From contig JAUYJS010000003.1 in NCBI GenBank assembly GCA_030698565.1, positions 76,187 to 140,186 of the forward strand: DNA of 64,000 nucleotides. The letters run 5' to 3'. The translations under genes and the position numbers were made by a program. Below are positions 49,793-59,459 of the stretch, piece after piece (the stretch's first letter is position 1; every line of letters begins with the position of its first letter). The DNA is from Candidatus Shapirobacteria bacterium. Lineage in GTDB: Bacteria; Patescibacteriota; Microgenomatia; UBA12405. Below the pieces are notes generated by a model. The model had not been told where the DNA came from. It saw nothing but the letters and a program-made list of their open reading frames with translations, and searched no databases.

Positions 49793-49817
49793 AACCCCGC
49801 CACCCGGCGGGGTTTTT
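49793..49817 (+). terminator. Terminator of secE-nusG-rplK-rplA
   Basis: AACCCCGCC-ACCC-GGCGGGGTTTTT. Confidence 0.85.
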
Positions 49818-49893
49818 GGTAAGCGATAATTCAATTTAATAAAAAAAATTAAGTAAACGTCCTATATAAATATAATATGTTATAATCCAAACA

Positions 49894-50640
49894 ATGTCGC
49901 CGGAATTTGGTGCTCAAAATCCAAACTTAGTTCGAGGTGAAACTGACCTTAGAATAATTTCGCACCCTCCAACACCACAAATACAAAAATTGGCCGACAT
50001 TAACTATGGACTATATGATGAAAAAAACTTATTATGCCCTTTATCCCCAAGTTTCTTTGTTGGATCGCTAATAATTGCAGCAAACAAAAGTATTTTTTCT
50101 GATTTATTAAAAAGTCAGAATCCTCAAATACCAGTAAATTCAGAGCTCGCCACACCAATTGAAATCCATCATCAAGTTCCTTTAGTAGTTCACAGTACCA
50201 TCACCGGTAGAGAAGAACATCCTAAACTACTTGCTTCAACAGTTCTAGTTAAAAAAGCTTGTGGTTTGTATACTGGAGTAGTTTTAGAGGGACCATTAAC
50301 CGGGCTTTTATTAACAAAACATACCGGGTCTCAATTTTCACAAAAGATGCTTGTTGATCGGCTATGGAACAACGACCAGCTTGATCAAAATTCATTAATA
50401 AATACCACTTTTAGTCTTCCTGTATCCAAAAAATATTTGCGACAGTATTTACAAAACGAAACCGCAGTTGAAGATTTTTATAAAAAAGAAGATGCAATTT
50501 TTAGTCAGTTGTATCAAGATGTCATTCAAACATTTAATGGTAATACTGTATACGAATTTTTCTTGCTTATGTGCCAAAAGCTCGGTATAAAAGTCGACAC
50601 TCAAAACTTTCATTACACTACCGCTATTCCAACTCTTTAA
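49894..50640 (+). CDS. Hypothetical protein
   Basis: ORF just downstream of TGTTATAAT. Confidence 0.6.
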   Translation: MSPEFGAQNPNLVRGETDLRIISHPPTPQIQKLADINYGLYDEKNLLCPLSPSFFVGSLIIAANKSIFSDLLKSQNPQIPVNSELATPIEIHHQVPLVVHSTITGREEHPKLLASTVLVKKACGLYTGVVLEGPLTGLLLTKHTGSQFSQKMLVDRLWNNDQLDQNSLINTTFSLPVSKKYLRQYLQNETAVEDFYKKEDAIFSQLYQDVIQTFNGNTVYEFFLLMCQKLGIKVDTQNFHYTTAIPTL

Positions 50641-51539
50641 CTCTCTAACGCCAACTCAATCATCCTCTCCAGAAGTTCCGGATAGGAAATCCCGGCCACC
50701 AATGCTTCTTTGGGCAACAAAGAATTTGGGGTTAAACCAGGAATGGTGTTAATTTCCAAAACATACGATACATGATTTTTTAAAATAAGATCGATTCGGG
50801 CAAAACCTCTGCCGCCCACAATTTTAAAAACTTCTACCGCAATTTTTTGCACCATTTTTGTATCATCATCAGAAATTCTCGCCGGCACAATTTCTTCGCA
50901 TTTCCCATCCGTATATTTTGCTTCATAATCAAAAAACTCGTTTTTAGGACAAATTTCAATGACCGGCAATGCCATTGGATTTTCATTGCCCAATACTCCA
51001 CACGACAACTCTATCCCTTCAATAAATTCTTCCACGATTGCCTTATCGCTAAACTCAAAAGCTTTTTTTAATGCTTCATTCAATTTTGATTCGTCCCTGA
51101 CAATACTCACTCCCACACTCGACCCCTGATCAGACGGCTTAACCACCCATTTATTCCCTAAACTTTTAAAAACTACATCGCGCGGTACATTAATGTTATT
51201 CTGCTTCATTAAACTTTTAAAACTAATTTTATCCATTCCCAAAGCCGATGCCAACACTCCACAACCAGTATATTTTATTCCCAAAAATTCCAAAAACCCC
51301 TGCACCACCCCGTCTTCCCCACCCCGTCCATGCATCGCAATAAAAACTACGTCCGGTTTAAATTCATCAATCCAACCCAAATCTTTTATATTTAATTTTT
51401 TATTTTTAGACAAAATAACCGGATAAACTTCATATTTTTTTGTATCTAAATTTTTTAAAACTTCTTGTCCCGAAATCAACGACACCTCATGTTCCGAGCT
51501 ATTTCCACCCATTAAAACAACAATCCTTAGTTTTGGCAT
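50637..51539 (-). CDS. ddl: D-alanine--D-alanine ligase
   Basis: GGNSSEHEVSL, HGRGGEDG, GSSVGV, EINTIPG. Confidence 0.95.
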   Translation of the reverse strand: MPKLRIVVLMGGNSSEHEVSLISGQEVLKNLDTKKYEVYPVILSKNKKLNIKDLGWIDEFKPDVVFIAMHGRGGEDGVVQGFLEFLGIKYTGCGVLASALGMDKISFKSLMKQNNINVPRDVVFKSLGNKWVVKPSDQGSSVGVSIVRDESKLNEALKKAFEFSDKAIVEEFIEGIELSCGVLGNENPMALPVIEICPKNEFFDYEAKYTDGKCEEIVPARISDDDTKMVQKIAVEVFKIVGGRGFARIDLILKNHVSYVLEINTIPGLTPNSLLPKEALVAGISYPELLERMIELALES

Positions 51540-51578
51540 TTCTAAATTATATATTATTCATCTTGTTATAATCCTTTT

Positions 51579-52382
51579 ATGTCCAAGCCATTATTTATTA
51601 TTAAACTAGGTGGTAGTGTAGTTACGTATAAAAATTATCAATTCGCCAAACTTCGTCAAAAAAGACTCCATGAAATTGCTGTTGAAATAAAACAAGCCCA
51701 AAATAAAATTGATTTCGATTTAATTTTAGTCACAGGCGCTGGATCTTTTGGCCACCCTTTAGCCCACAAATACCAAACTCAAAATGGTGTTTATAACCAA
51801 GATCAAGCTCATGGATTTTGTGAGATAAAAACATTGATGAACAAAATGGTCTCCCAGATAGCGCAAATTTTAAATCAAAATGGTTTAAGCGTATTTCCTT
51901 GCCAGACTGCTTCATTAATAGTTCAAGACAAAGGTAAGATATCTTCTTTCAACACTGATCCAATAAAAAATTTATTAAAAATAGGAGTTATTCCTTTTTT
52001 GTCAGGCGATGTGTCTAGTGATATAACATTAGGAGGAAGTATCTGTTCTGGCGATGCTATCGTCCCATATTTAACCAAAACTTTTAAAGTTGAAAAAATA
52101 TTTTTTGCTAGTGATGTGGATGGTATTTTTGACAAAGATCCCAAAAAAAATAAAACTGCTCAAGTCATACCGATTATTAATTCCAAAAATTTTTCTGAAT
52201 TAATTAATCAAATCGGTACCAGTAACAACACTGATGTTACTGATGGAATGAAAGGTAAAATTTTGAAATACAAGGAGGAAGTAAACCAAACACCGGCTTT
52301 TGTTTTCAACGGTCTCAAAAAACAATCCGTTTTCAACGCAATTTTAGGAAAACAAAAAGGCACTATACTTGATTTGGTCTAA
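51579..52382 (+). CDS. Isopentenyl phosphate kinase-like amino-acid-kinase family protein
   Basis: IKLGGSVVTYK, GAGSFGHPLA, SGD, DVTDGMKGK. Confidence 0.8.
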   Translation: MSKPLFIIKLGGSVVTYKNYQFAKLRQKRLHEIAVEIKQAQNKIDFDLILVTGAGSFGHPLAHKYQTQNGVYNQDQAHGFCEIKTLMNKMVSQIAQILNQNGLSVFPCQTASLIVQDKGKISSFNTDPIKNLLKIGVIPFLSGDVSSDITLGGSICSGDAIVPYLTKTFKVEKIFFASDVDGIFDKDPKKNKTAQVIPIINSKNFSELINQIGTSNNTDVTDGMKGKILKYKEEVNQTPAFVFNGLKKQSVFNAILGKQKGTILDLV

Positions 52383-52980
52383 ATCCCGGCACGCATTTAC
52401 CCCTAATATAAACACTTCCGTCTAAATCTTTTATTTTAGACTTAAGATCTCTAGCCATCTCCCATATTCCTCTCCTTCTGGGCATATTTCTGATTGCACC
52501 AGGTCTTACCCATCTATATTCCAATAATTCATTATTATCAGCCCTTAACATACCCAAATTTATATTCCATGAATTTTTATCTATACACATAACAAACACC
52601 CTACCCCAAACCGGAAAATCAACACCTACCTGATAATCACCTAACCAAAATTTTGAAGAAACATCATAAAATTGAGCTGCAAATTCTTCACCTGTTTCTT
52701 CTTTTACAGTTCGACGTAAGGTATCTTCATCAGTTTCACCAGCCTTAACGGTTTCAAAAGGGATACTCCAATCACCAGCCTTTTTATCCATAAAAAGTTT
52801 ATCTTCTGTCTCCTTACCTATCAAAACCTTACCGTCGTGTGAAATTATCATTATTCCAATCCCAGCAGGTTTTATTGTTACCAACTCTGAAAAATTAGTT
52901 AAATATTGACTTCGTACCTCTGGCATATTATTTACACCAATAACATCACCTTCGGTGTGTAGACATTCTTTTTTTCCCAT
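52363..52980 (-). CDS. NUDIX hydrolase
   Basis: GETDEDTLRRTVKEETG. Confidence 0.7.
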   Translation of the reverse strand: MGKKECLHTEGDVIGVNNMPEVRSQYLTNFSELVTIKPAGIGIMIISHDGKVLIGKETEDKLFMDKKAGDWSIPFETVKAGETDEDTLRRTVKEETGEEFAAQFYDVSSKFWLGDYQVGVDFPVWGRVFVMCIDKNSWNINLGMLRADNNELLEYRWVRPGAIRNMPRRRGIWEMARDLKSKIKDLDGSVYIRGKCVPGFRPNQV

Positions 52981-53062
52981 GTAAGCCCTAATTTACCATA
53001 AAAATGAAATTTATCAATTTAGGATAGGTAAAATTGTCTATTTAAGCTAAAATAGCTTAATA

Positions 53063-54448
53063 ATGAAAAAAATTCTTTCCCTTATATTTCTAAACTACCT
53101 TCGCCTTTTTGCTAAACTTCAGCTTGCCAAAATTGGCTTAGTTCAAAAAATCAAAGGCAAAAAATTAATAATCGTCGGTATCACTGGTTCGGCCGGAAAA
53201 ACATCCACTCTTTTAGCGACCCAAGCCACCCTGACTCCCAATTTTAAAGTTAAAACTAATTCCAGTGGCAACTCTGAATCCGGAATTCCATTGAGTATTT
53301 TAGATATCAAAATTAATGGCTTTTCTCCAAAGGATTGGTTAATAGTGGCCCTATTAGCACCAATAAAACTAATTGCTAATTGGAAAACCTACGATATTTT
53401 TCTAGTCGAAATGGGAATTGATGGCCCAATTCCACCCCAGAACATGTCTTATCTTTTAAAAATCATCAAACCCACTATTGGCATTTTTCTAAATGTTGGT
53501 TCGGTTCACTCCATGCAATTTGATAATACTATATCCAAAGACATCAAAGGCAATCAAAGATTAAAGAATGTCACCGAAAATATCGGTCGAGAAAAAGCCA
53601 AATTAATTAATTCCCTCCCCTTAACCGGTTTTGCTATTTTAAATTTAGACGATTCTATTGTTTCTCAAACGACCCATTTTTCTCCTGCTCATAAATTAAC
53701 CATTGGCCATAGTAGTGGCGAGCCGACTTTTAAAATCATAAAAACTCAAACCGGTCCCAACGGTTTTTCCCTCTCTTTTTCGTATCAAAGAAAACGCTAT
53801 CAACTCAATTTGCCCAAATTTGTTCTGCCTCAAATTTACAGTGTCTCCATTGCCGCCGCACTTCTAACCGCCGCCAGTTTAAAAATAAATATTGATACTG
53901 CAATTCAAAATTTAACTCAAAATCTCCATGTTCCCCACGGTCGATCTAGCCTTTTTGAAGGCATAAATAATTCTAAAATAATCGATAGCTCTTATAATTC
54001 TTCACCGCTCGCTTGTATTGAAATGCTCGATCTTTTAAAAAATTTTCCATCACCCCGAATTGCTATTTTAGGCGACATGCGCGAACTTGGCCTCGAATCT
54101 CCCCAAGCCCACAAAACTATTTACCAAAAAGCCCAAAACTCAGCCGATTTAATTATTAGTGTTGGTCCGGAAACCCAAAAATACTTCACCCATCCGAAGC
54201 TTTCAGCGAAGGAGGGTTTACCTTCTACCCTTTTTTTTCAATATTGGTGGCAAGCTCTCAAATTCATTAAAAGTCACCCTGAGTTTGTCAAAGGGTCTAC
54301 AATGTTAGTTAAAGGTTCTCAAAATACTATTTTTCTTGAAGAATTAATTAAACCACTCCTAAAAAATCAATCCGATATTAAACACCTCTGCCGCCAATCC
54401 CCCTACTGGCTCCAAGTTAAACATAATTTCAAAAACAGTATTAAATAA
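53063..54448 (+). CDS. murF: MurF-like Mur ligase
   Basis: GITGSAGKTST, IDSSYNSSP, LGDMRELG, VKGSQ. Confidence 0.85.
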   Translation: MKKILSLIFLNYLRLFAKLQLAKIGLVQKIKGKKLIIVGITGSAGKTSTLLATQATLTPNFKVKTNSSGNSESGIPLSILDIKINGFSPKDWLIVALLAPIKLIANWKTYDIFLVEMGIDGPIPPQNMSYLLKIIKPTIGIFLNVGSVHSMQFDNTISKDIKGNQRLKNVTENIGREKAKLINSLPLTGFAILNLDDSIVSQTTHFSPAHKLTIGHSSGEPTFKIIKTQTGPNGFSLSFSYQRKRYQLNLPKFVLPQIYSVSIAAALLTAASLKINIDTAIQNLTQNLHVPHGRSSLFEGINNSKIIDSSYNSSPLACIEMLDLLKNFPSPRIAILGDMRELGLESPQAHKTIYQKAQNSADLIISVGPETQKYFTHPKLSAKEGLPSTLFFQYWWQALKFIKSHPEFVKGSTMLVKGSQNTIFLEELIKPLLKNQSDIKHLCRQSPYWLQVKHNFKNSIK

Positions 54449-55055
54449 TATCCAATAAACCCTCCGGCTCGTCAATCAACCAATCCGGTTCATATTTTTC
54501 TAAAATATTTTTTGAATTAAATCCCCAGCTCACTGCCACAATTTTTACCCCCGCTTTTTTGCAGGCCTCAATATCTCTAACTTCATCCCCCACATAAATC
54601 ACATCTCCTACTTTTAGCCCCCTCTCTTTTAATAAATGCTTAATTATTTTCTCTTTGCCAAACAAATTTTTTTCACTATAAATATAGCTAAATATATCAA
54701 TTTCGTTTTTTACCAAAAATTTTTCAACATTTTCTTTTGAATTTGAAGTTAAAATTCCCAACACAAACCCTTGGGCTTTAAGTGTGTGCAGTACATCCAC
54801 TAAGCCATCTATTATTTTAATATCGGCAATTTTTTTGGTCTGTTCTTCCTGGCACCTTTGAATAATCTTGGGCAATTTAAAAAGAGACACCTTAAGTTTT
54901 TTTAAAGCCTCTCTCGCTCCTTCCTCTCGATAAATATCGATTTCATATTGAGTAATCGGTTTGAATCCAAATTCTGGCGCCAAATCTCCCAAAATTTTAA
55001 TCAACGATCCAAGTGAATCAGCTACTGTCCCATCAAAATCAAAAATTATTTCCAT
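54441..55055 (-). CDS. HAD phosphoglycolate phosphatase-like hydrolase
   Basis: FDFDGTVADS, YVGDEVRDI. Confidence 0.85.
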   Translation of the reverse strand: MEIIFDFDGTVADSLGSLIKILGDLAPEFGFKPITQYEIDIYREEGAREALKKLKVSLFKLPKIIQRCQEEQTKKIADIKIIDGLVDVLHTLKAQGFVLGILTSNSKENVEKFLVKNEIDIFSYIYSEKNLFGKEKIIKHLLKERGLKVGDVIYVGDEVRDIEACKKAGVKIVAVSWGFNSKNILEKYEPDWLIDEPEGLLDII

Positions 55056-55064
55056 TTTTTAATT

Positions 55065-55640
55065 TTAACCCTTAAACTCTCTATCTTTTTTCATTTCCCT
55101 CTTAATTAAATTTCTCAAAAATACCGACCTGGGAATCATTTTCTGTTGGGACACCCAGTCCAAATAAGCTAAAATTTTTGGGCTAACAAAAAAATTAAAC
55201 CTAACATCACTTTTTGACTTGGCCGTAATTATCAATTTTCTTAACACCACCTTGATTTCACTTGTTTCCTTGTAATTGCCAATCAATAACTTATCCGTTT
55301 CTTCAACAGTAGACAAAATATTTGATTCACCATCACCTTTATAAAGTAAAATAGTCGGCTTCATTAAATCAAGTGATACTGAAATTAAATATCCCACACT
55401 CAAACTCTCACTTGTCGTTTCAGCCACCACAATATCTGATTTTTTTATCTGATCAATTATTTTTTTGTTATACAGTCTCTTTTCATCTAAACCAAAATTG
55501 TCTAAATCTGCTTGACTGTAATTAATTACGTGGTCACAAAACACCTTATCCTCGAAAGTTTTTAAGATCGAAACAATCTCTTTATAGTCGCTTGAATGCT
55601 TATCTTTGTGTTTGACTGATGCGATAAAACATACTTTCAC
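55065..55640 (-). CDS. Nucleoside 2-deoxyribosyltransferase-like domain with RHH-like C-terminus
   Basis: SDIVVAE..SLSVGY...KPTILL; C-terminal VRFNFFVS...RSVFLRNLI. Confidence 0.6.
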   Translation of the reverse strand: MKVCFIASVKHKDKHSSDYKEIVSILKTFEDKVFCDHVINYSQADLDNFGLDEKRLYNKKIIDQIKKSDIVVAETTSESLSVGYLISVSLDLMKPTILLYKGDGESNILSTVEETDKLLIGNYKETSEIKVVLRKLIITAKSKSDVRFNFFVSPKILAYLDWVSQQKMIPRSVFLRNLIKREMKKDREFKG

Positions 55641-55810
55641 GACAAAACCCCCGTCTCCATTTTTTTTATTTTTTTAGTGTCTGAAAATTTCCTGCTTTTC
55701 ATTACGAATTGACCAATTATATCAGATAAAATACAGATAAAACAACCGGCTGAATATCCCAATTCTTCTCCGCCAACTGGCGGATTATAATGACAAACAA
55801 CAAATCATTA

Positions 55811-56824
55811 TTAATTATTAATTATTAATTTATTTTTAAAGAATTGTATGTCTCTCTCTGCCACCATCTCCCAATTTTTACTCAAATTATGATCATCCCC
55901 ACTATATATACTAAGCCAAACTTCTTTATTTAATTCCTTAAGTCTACTTTGCAAATTTTTTTGCCATTCTAATTTTATCCAAGTGTCCGCAGTTCCTTGA
56001 TGAAGCATTATTGGAGCCTTTATCCAAGATAAATAATTCTCAAAAGCATATCGGCGCACATCATAATACTTTTTAAATTCTTTAATTTTTTCAATAACCA
56101 ACCTCCCGTTATCGTCCAAGTCAGAGGCCGTGTCCAACACACTGTTAGGAAACGGATTCGTCATTGGTGCCCACAAAGTCGTTGGGTAATTACCACCCGT
56201 GATTTCCAAAATCGACAAGGCAATTTGTCCGCCATTGCTGTGCGCCCAAATCCCAATTTTTTTATCATCAACGAATGGTAATTTTTTAACCGATTCAATT
56301 AAATCCAATACCGTCATCACCTTTTCAAATCTGGTTTCCAAAATATCCAAGCTTTCATCATCCGACAACCCATAACCCAAAAAATCTATTGACACCGTAT
56401 TAAAACCCTCGCCGGCCAATTTGTCCGCCATTTTCCAGCTACCAGATCCAGGATAATATCCTAGTTTATCAGCATAACCTCGGACCATAATAATAGCCGG
56501 TCTTTTGATACCATCATTTCTAAAATTAATTACCCCACTAATTTTTTTCCCATCACTTTCAAAAATAAAAACTTTACTGGAAGAATTTTTACTGGCAATT
56601 ATCCTCCTATCATCAACTTCAGTCGGCTCTCTAATAAATTTTATTTCAGAAGCCACCCCGCCCCTCTTTTTTAACGAATCAAAATCATATTTTTCTAATT
56701 TTTTTTCAATCGGATCTTTTTTCTGGCCTCTGGGATCAAAAAAGTAATTGTCTTTTTGAAAAAAACCATTTACCCCAACCACTACCATTCCTATTAAAAG
56801 CAATATTCCCAAAATCTTTGCCAT
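55811..56824 (-). CDS. Alpha/beta hydrolase (S9 peptidase-like)
   Basis: WAHSNGG nucleophile elbow, GTAD, DDHN. Confidence 0.85.
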   Translation of the reverse strand: MAKILGILLLIGMVVVGVNGFFQKDNYFFDPRGQKKDPIEKKLEKYDFDSLKKRGGVASEIKFIREPTEVDDRRIIASKNSSSKVFIFESDGKKISGVINFRNDGIKRPAIIMVRGYADKLGYYPGSGSWKMADKLAGEGFNTVSIDFLGYGLSDDESLDILETRFEKVMTVLDLIESVKKLPFVDDKKIGIWAHSNGGQIALSILEITGGNYPTTLWAPMTNPFPNSVLDTASDLDDNGRLVIEKIKEFKKYYDVRRYAFENYLSWIKAPIMLHQGTADTWIKLEWQKNLQSRLKELNKEVWLSIYSGDDHNLSKNWEMVAERDIQFFKNKLIINN

Positions 56825-56879
56825 TACCTATTTTATCCTGCTTGATGTTATATTAAAAATAATTAAGAATTTATTCATC

Positions 56880-58313
56880 ATGCCAACTATTCAAACCAAC
56901 AAGCGCCGCATCTACACTCTCAACAAATTAAAACCAGAAATCACCGCTGTAACTTTTGCCAAATGCTCCCGCTCTCCCGATTCTTTTAAAAATATTGCCA
57001 AGGAATTAACCGAAGCCAAATCCAGCGCTTTCAATGAAAAATATGTGGTTGGTTATGGCCATGGCTCAGTTGCCGAGCATGCCACCTTGCACATGGCAAT
57101 CGAAAACGTTTCTATTTTAGCGACCAAAGTTTTAGAAGATAACCGCCTTGGTTCTTATACTGAAAAATCCACCCGTTACCAAGTTTACGATCGCACCCGC
57201 TACTACAAACCCAAAAATATCATGCGTTCTGAATTTGGCAAATTATATAAAGAGACTATGAATTTTATTTTCGATACCTATTGCTCACTTTTTGAACCAA
57301 TGAAAGCTTTCATACTCAAAAAATACCCCAAAGGTGCAAAGGAAAATGATATGGCTTACAATGCCGTCCTCAAATCCCGAACTTGTGATAATATCCGCTA
57401 TCTTTTACCCACAGCCACTTTAACTAATTTAGGGATGACCACCAACGCTCGGGTTTTGGAACACGCCATTGTCAAACTTTTGTCCAATCCATTAGACGAA
57501 ATGAAACAAATTGGAGAAGAGGTCAAATCCCAAGCCATAAAAGTCACTCCGACTTTACTTAAATACGCTCAACCAAATCCATATCTAGTAAACACCACAA
57601 AAAAGTTAGAAGAGCTAAGCCATAAAATTTTACCCAAAAATATTAATCCCAGTATTCCAGTTCAAATTGTTAATTATGACCAAGACGCTGAAAATAGATT
57701 GATTACCGCCCTTCTTTATAACGGTTCCAATTTGCCCTATAACCAAATTTGGCATGAAGTCAAAAAAATGTCCCAAACTGATAAAGAAAATATAATCGAT
57801 GAAGCTCTAAAAAATCGCAGTGCCTTTGACGCTCCTATACGCGAGTTAGAACACGTTTATTATACTTTTGATATCTTGATGGATTATGGTGCTTTCCGCG
57901 ACATTCAACGCCACCGCATGTGCACTCAAACCAATCAAGATGTTACTATCGATCATGGTTTCGATACCCCTCCAGAAATTATTGAAGCCGGTCTAAAAGA
58001 ACCTTATTTAAAAGCGATCAACAAAGCCGTTGCACTTTATCAAGCCATGTCCCCAAAATTCCCCAAAGAAGCTCAATATGCGGTTCCCCTCGCTTTCCGG
58101 AAAAGAGTTTTATTTACCTGGAATTTGCGCGAACTTCATCATTTCATTTCCCTGCGAAGTACCAAAAAAGGCCATATTTCTTATCGCCGAATTGCTCAAG
58201 CCTGTTGGCAACAATTAAATGAAATTCATCCGCTTTTAGCCAAATACATCCGAGTCGACATGACCGAAGGATCCTCTTCTTGGGCCGCATCGATGTACAA
58301 GCAGGTGAAATAA
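56880..58313 (+). CDS. thyX: FAD-dependent thymidylate synthase, two-domain type
   Basis: GHGSVAEHA, EKSTRY, RDIQRHR, NLRELHHFISLRS. Confidence 0.88.
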   Translation: MPTIQTNKRRIYTLNKLKPEITAVTFAKCSRSPDSFKNIAKELTEAKSSAFNEKYVVGYGHGSVAEHATLHMAIENVSILATKVLEDNRLGSYTEKSTRYQVYDRTRYYKPKNIMRSEFGKLYKETMNFIFDTYCSLFEPMKAFILKKYPKGAKENDMAYNAVLKSRTCDNIRYLLPTATLTNLGMTTNARVLEHAIVKLLSNPLDEMKQIGEEVKSQAIKVTPTLLKYAQPNPYLVNTTKKLEELSHKILPKNINPSIPVQIVNYDQDAENRLITALLYNGSNLPYNQIWHEVKKMSQTDKENIIDEALKNRSAFDAPIRELEHVYYTFDILMDYGAFRDIQRHRMCTQTNQDVTIDHGFDTPPEIIEAGLKEPYLKAINKAVALYQAMSPKFPKEAQYAVPLAFRKRVLFTWNLRELHHFISLRSTKKGHISYRRIAQACWQQLNEIHPLLAKYIRVDMTEGSSSWAASMYKQVK

Positions 58314-58315
58314 AC

Positions 58316-58482
58316 ATCCTATATTTCAATTTATATGTAAATTTGGTATAATCCGGGCGTTTACTAGAATTCAAAAAATAAAGCATTTATTGAATTTTTT
58401 AAGCACCTTAAAATTTGCAGAACACTATTTTTCGGTAACACGTTTCTGAATAGACTAAAGTATTTAGAAATGTGTTACCGAA
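58316..58482 (+). promoter_or_regulatory. Unit E leader: promoter, hairpin, boxA-like motif, 5' arm, 22-bp hairpin
   Basis: ATCCTATA-TTTCAA-17-TATAAT; AGCACCTTAAAA 58402-58413; arm ATTTGCAGAACACTA 58413-58427; hairpin 58431-58482. Confidence 0.7.
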
Positions 58483-58509
58483 TCTAATTTTGAAAGGAAT
58501 GAATCTTCA

Positions 58510-59400
58510 ATGGAAATCAGAACGATACCTGTTTCAAGTTCAAAAATGCACCCAATGACGCGACCCGGTTACTTAGCCAATATGTTTCAACAAACCGGTG
58601 GATTCCAGTCAATGCTCCTTGCCAATTATCTGGCTCAAGAACACCAACGAGGCGAAGGTATCAAGAGTCACACTGAAGTCTTATCTGTGATCATCGACGG
58701 TCAACGGTTGGAAATGACCTTGGATCAAATCAATGATCATTTGGCTAAGCTATCAGGGAATATTCCTCAACTTGAAGCCGTCGTTTCCTGGGGAAGAGAT
58801 CCATACCAAAAAGTTCTCTCTTGGATACATGGCCTACCCAACTCCTCACACGAACGTCCGATGATTCAGGAAGGACCACACTTGGTCCTGGCTCTTTATA
58901 GCTATGCCAAGGATGGCCTTCGTCTTTACCGGACTCTTCAGAGAAGGCCGTTCGACGTTAAAATTGATACGGTCCGGGGGTTCACTGGCACAACAGAAGA
59001 AATGTATGGCAACACCAACCCTGACGTCATTCTCCAACACATTGTCAAAACCATCGGCGACGAAGCTGGTCAAAAGTGTCTTGACATCCGGGACATCGTT
59101 TTCCTCGGCGCCCATCATGTCAACTCTTCTTTTGTCCAATCAAGAACCGCTCTCTTCGGGATCGAAATCGACCGAGACAGATTCCTGGAAAGCAATCGTG
59201 TGTTTACATCTGAAGAAGCAAAAAGGATGGAGCGACAGTACCAACAGCAGGGTTTACTCAGTCAAATTATTGAACTGACTATCCCTCAGTTTTTGGCTTA
59301 CGGATGTCACCCCGACGTCTGTCGTGACTTCACGGCCGATGCCCCCCATCAAGCAATATTGTCTGCTCATCTCCTCAACCTCCTTAAACCTTCCAACTAA
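58510..59400 (+). CDS. Orphan protein, possible degenerate Nudix fold (unit E cargo)
   Basis: QRRPF...DTVRGF...KTIGDEAG...LG; AAAGGA SD; GC-richer than flanks. Confidence 0.7.
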   Translation: MEIRTIPVSSSKMHPMTRPGYLANMFQQTGGFQSMLLANYLAQEHQRGEGIKSHTEVLSVIIDGQRLEMTLDQINDHLAKLSGNIPQLEAVVSWGRDPYQKVLSWIHGLPNSSHERPMIQEGPHLVLALYSYAKDGLRLYRTLQRRPFDVKIDTVRGFTGTTEEMYGNTNPDVILQHIVKTIGDEAGQKCLDIRDIVFLGAHHVNSSFVQSRTALFGIEIDRDRFLESNRVFTSEEAKRMERQYQQQGLLSQIIELTIPQFLAYGCHPDVCRDFTADAPHQAILSAHLLNLLKPSN

Positions 59401-59459
59401 GAGAATCGGGTTCTCCCGATTCTCTCCCCCTCCGGGGGTCAATGTAATTAGTGTTCTGT

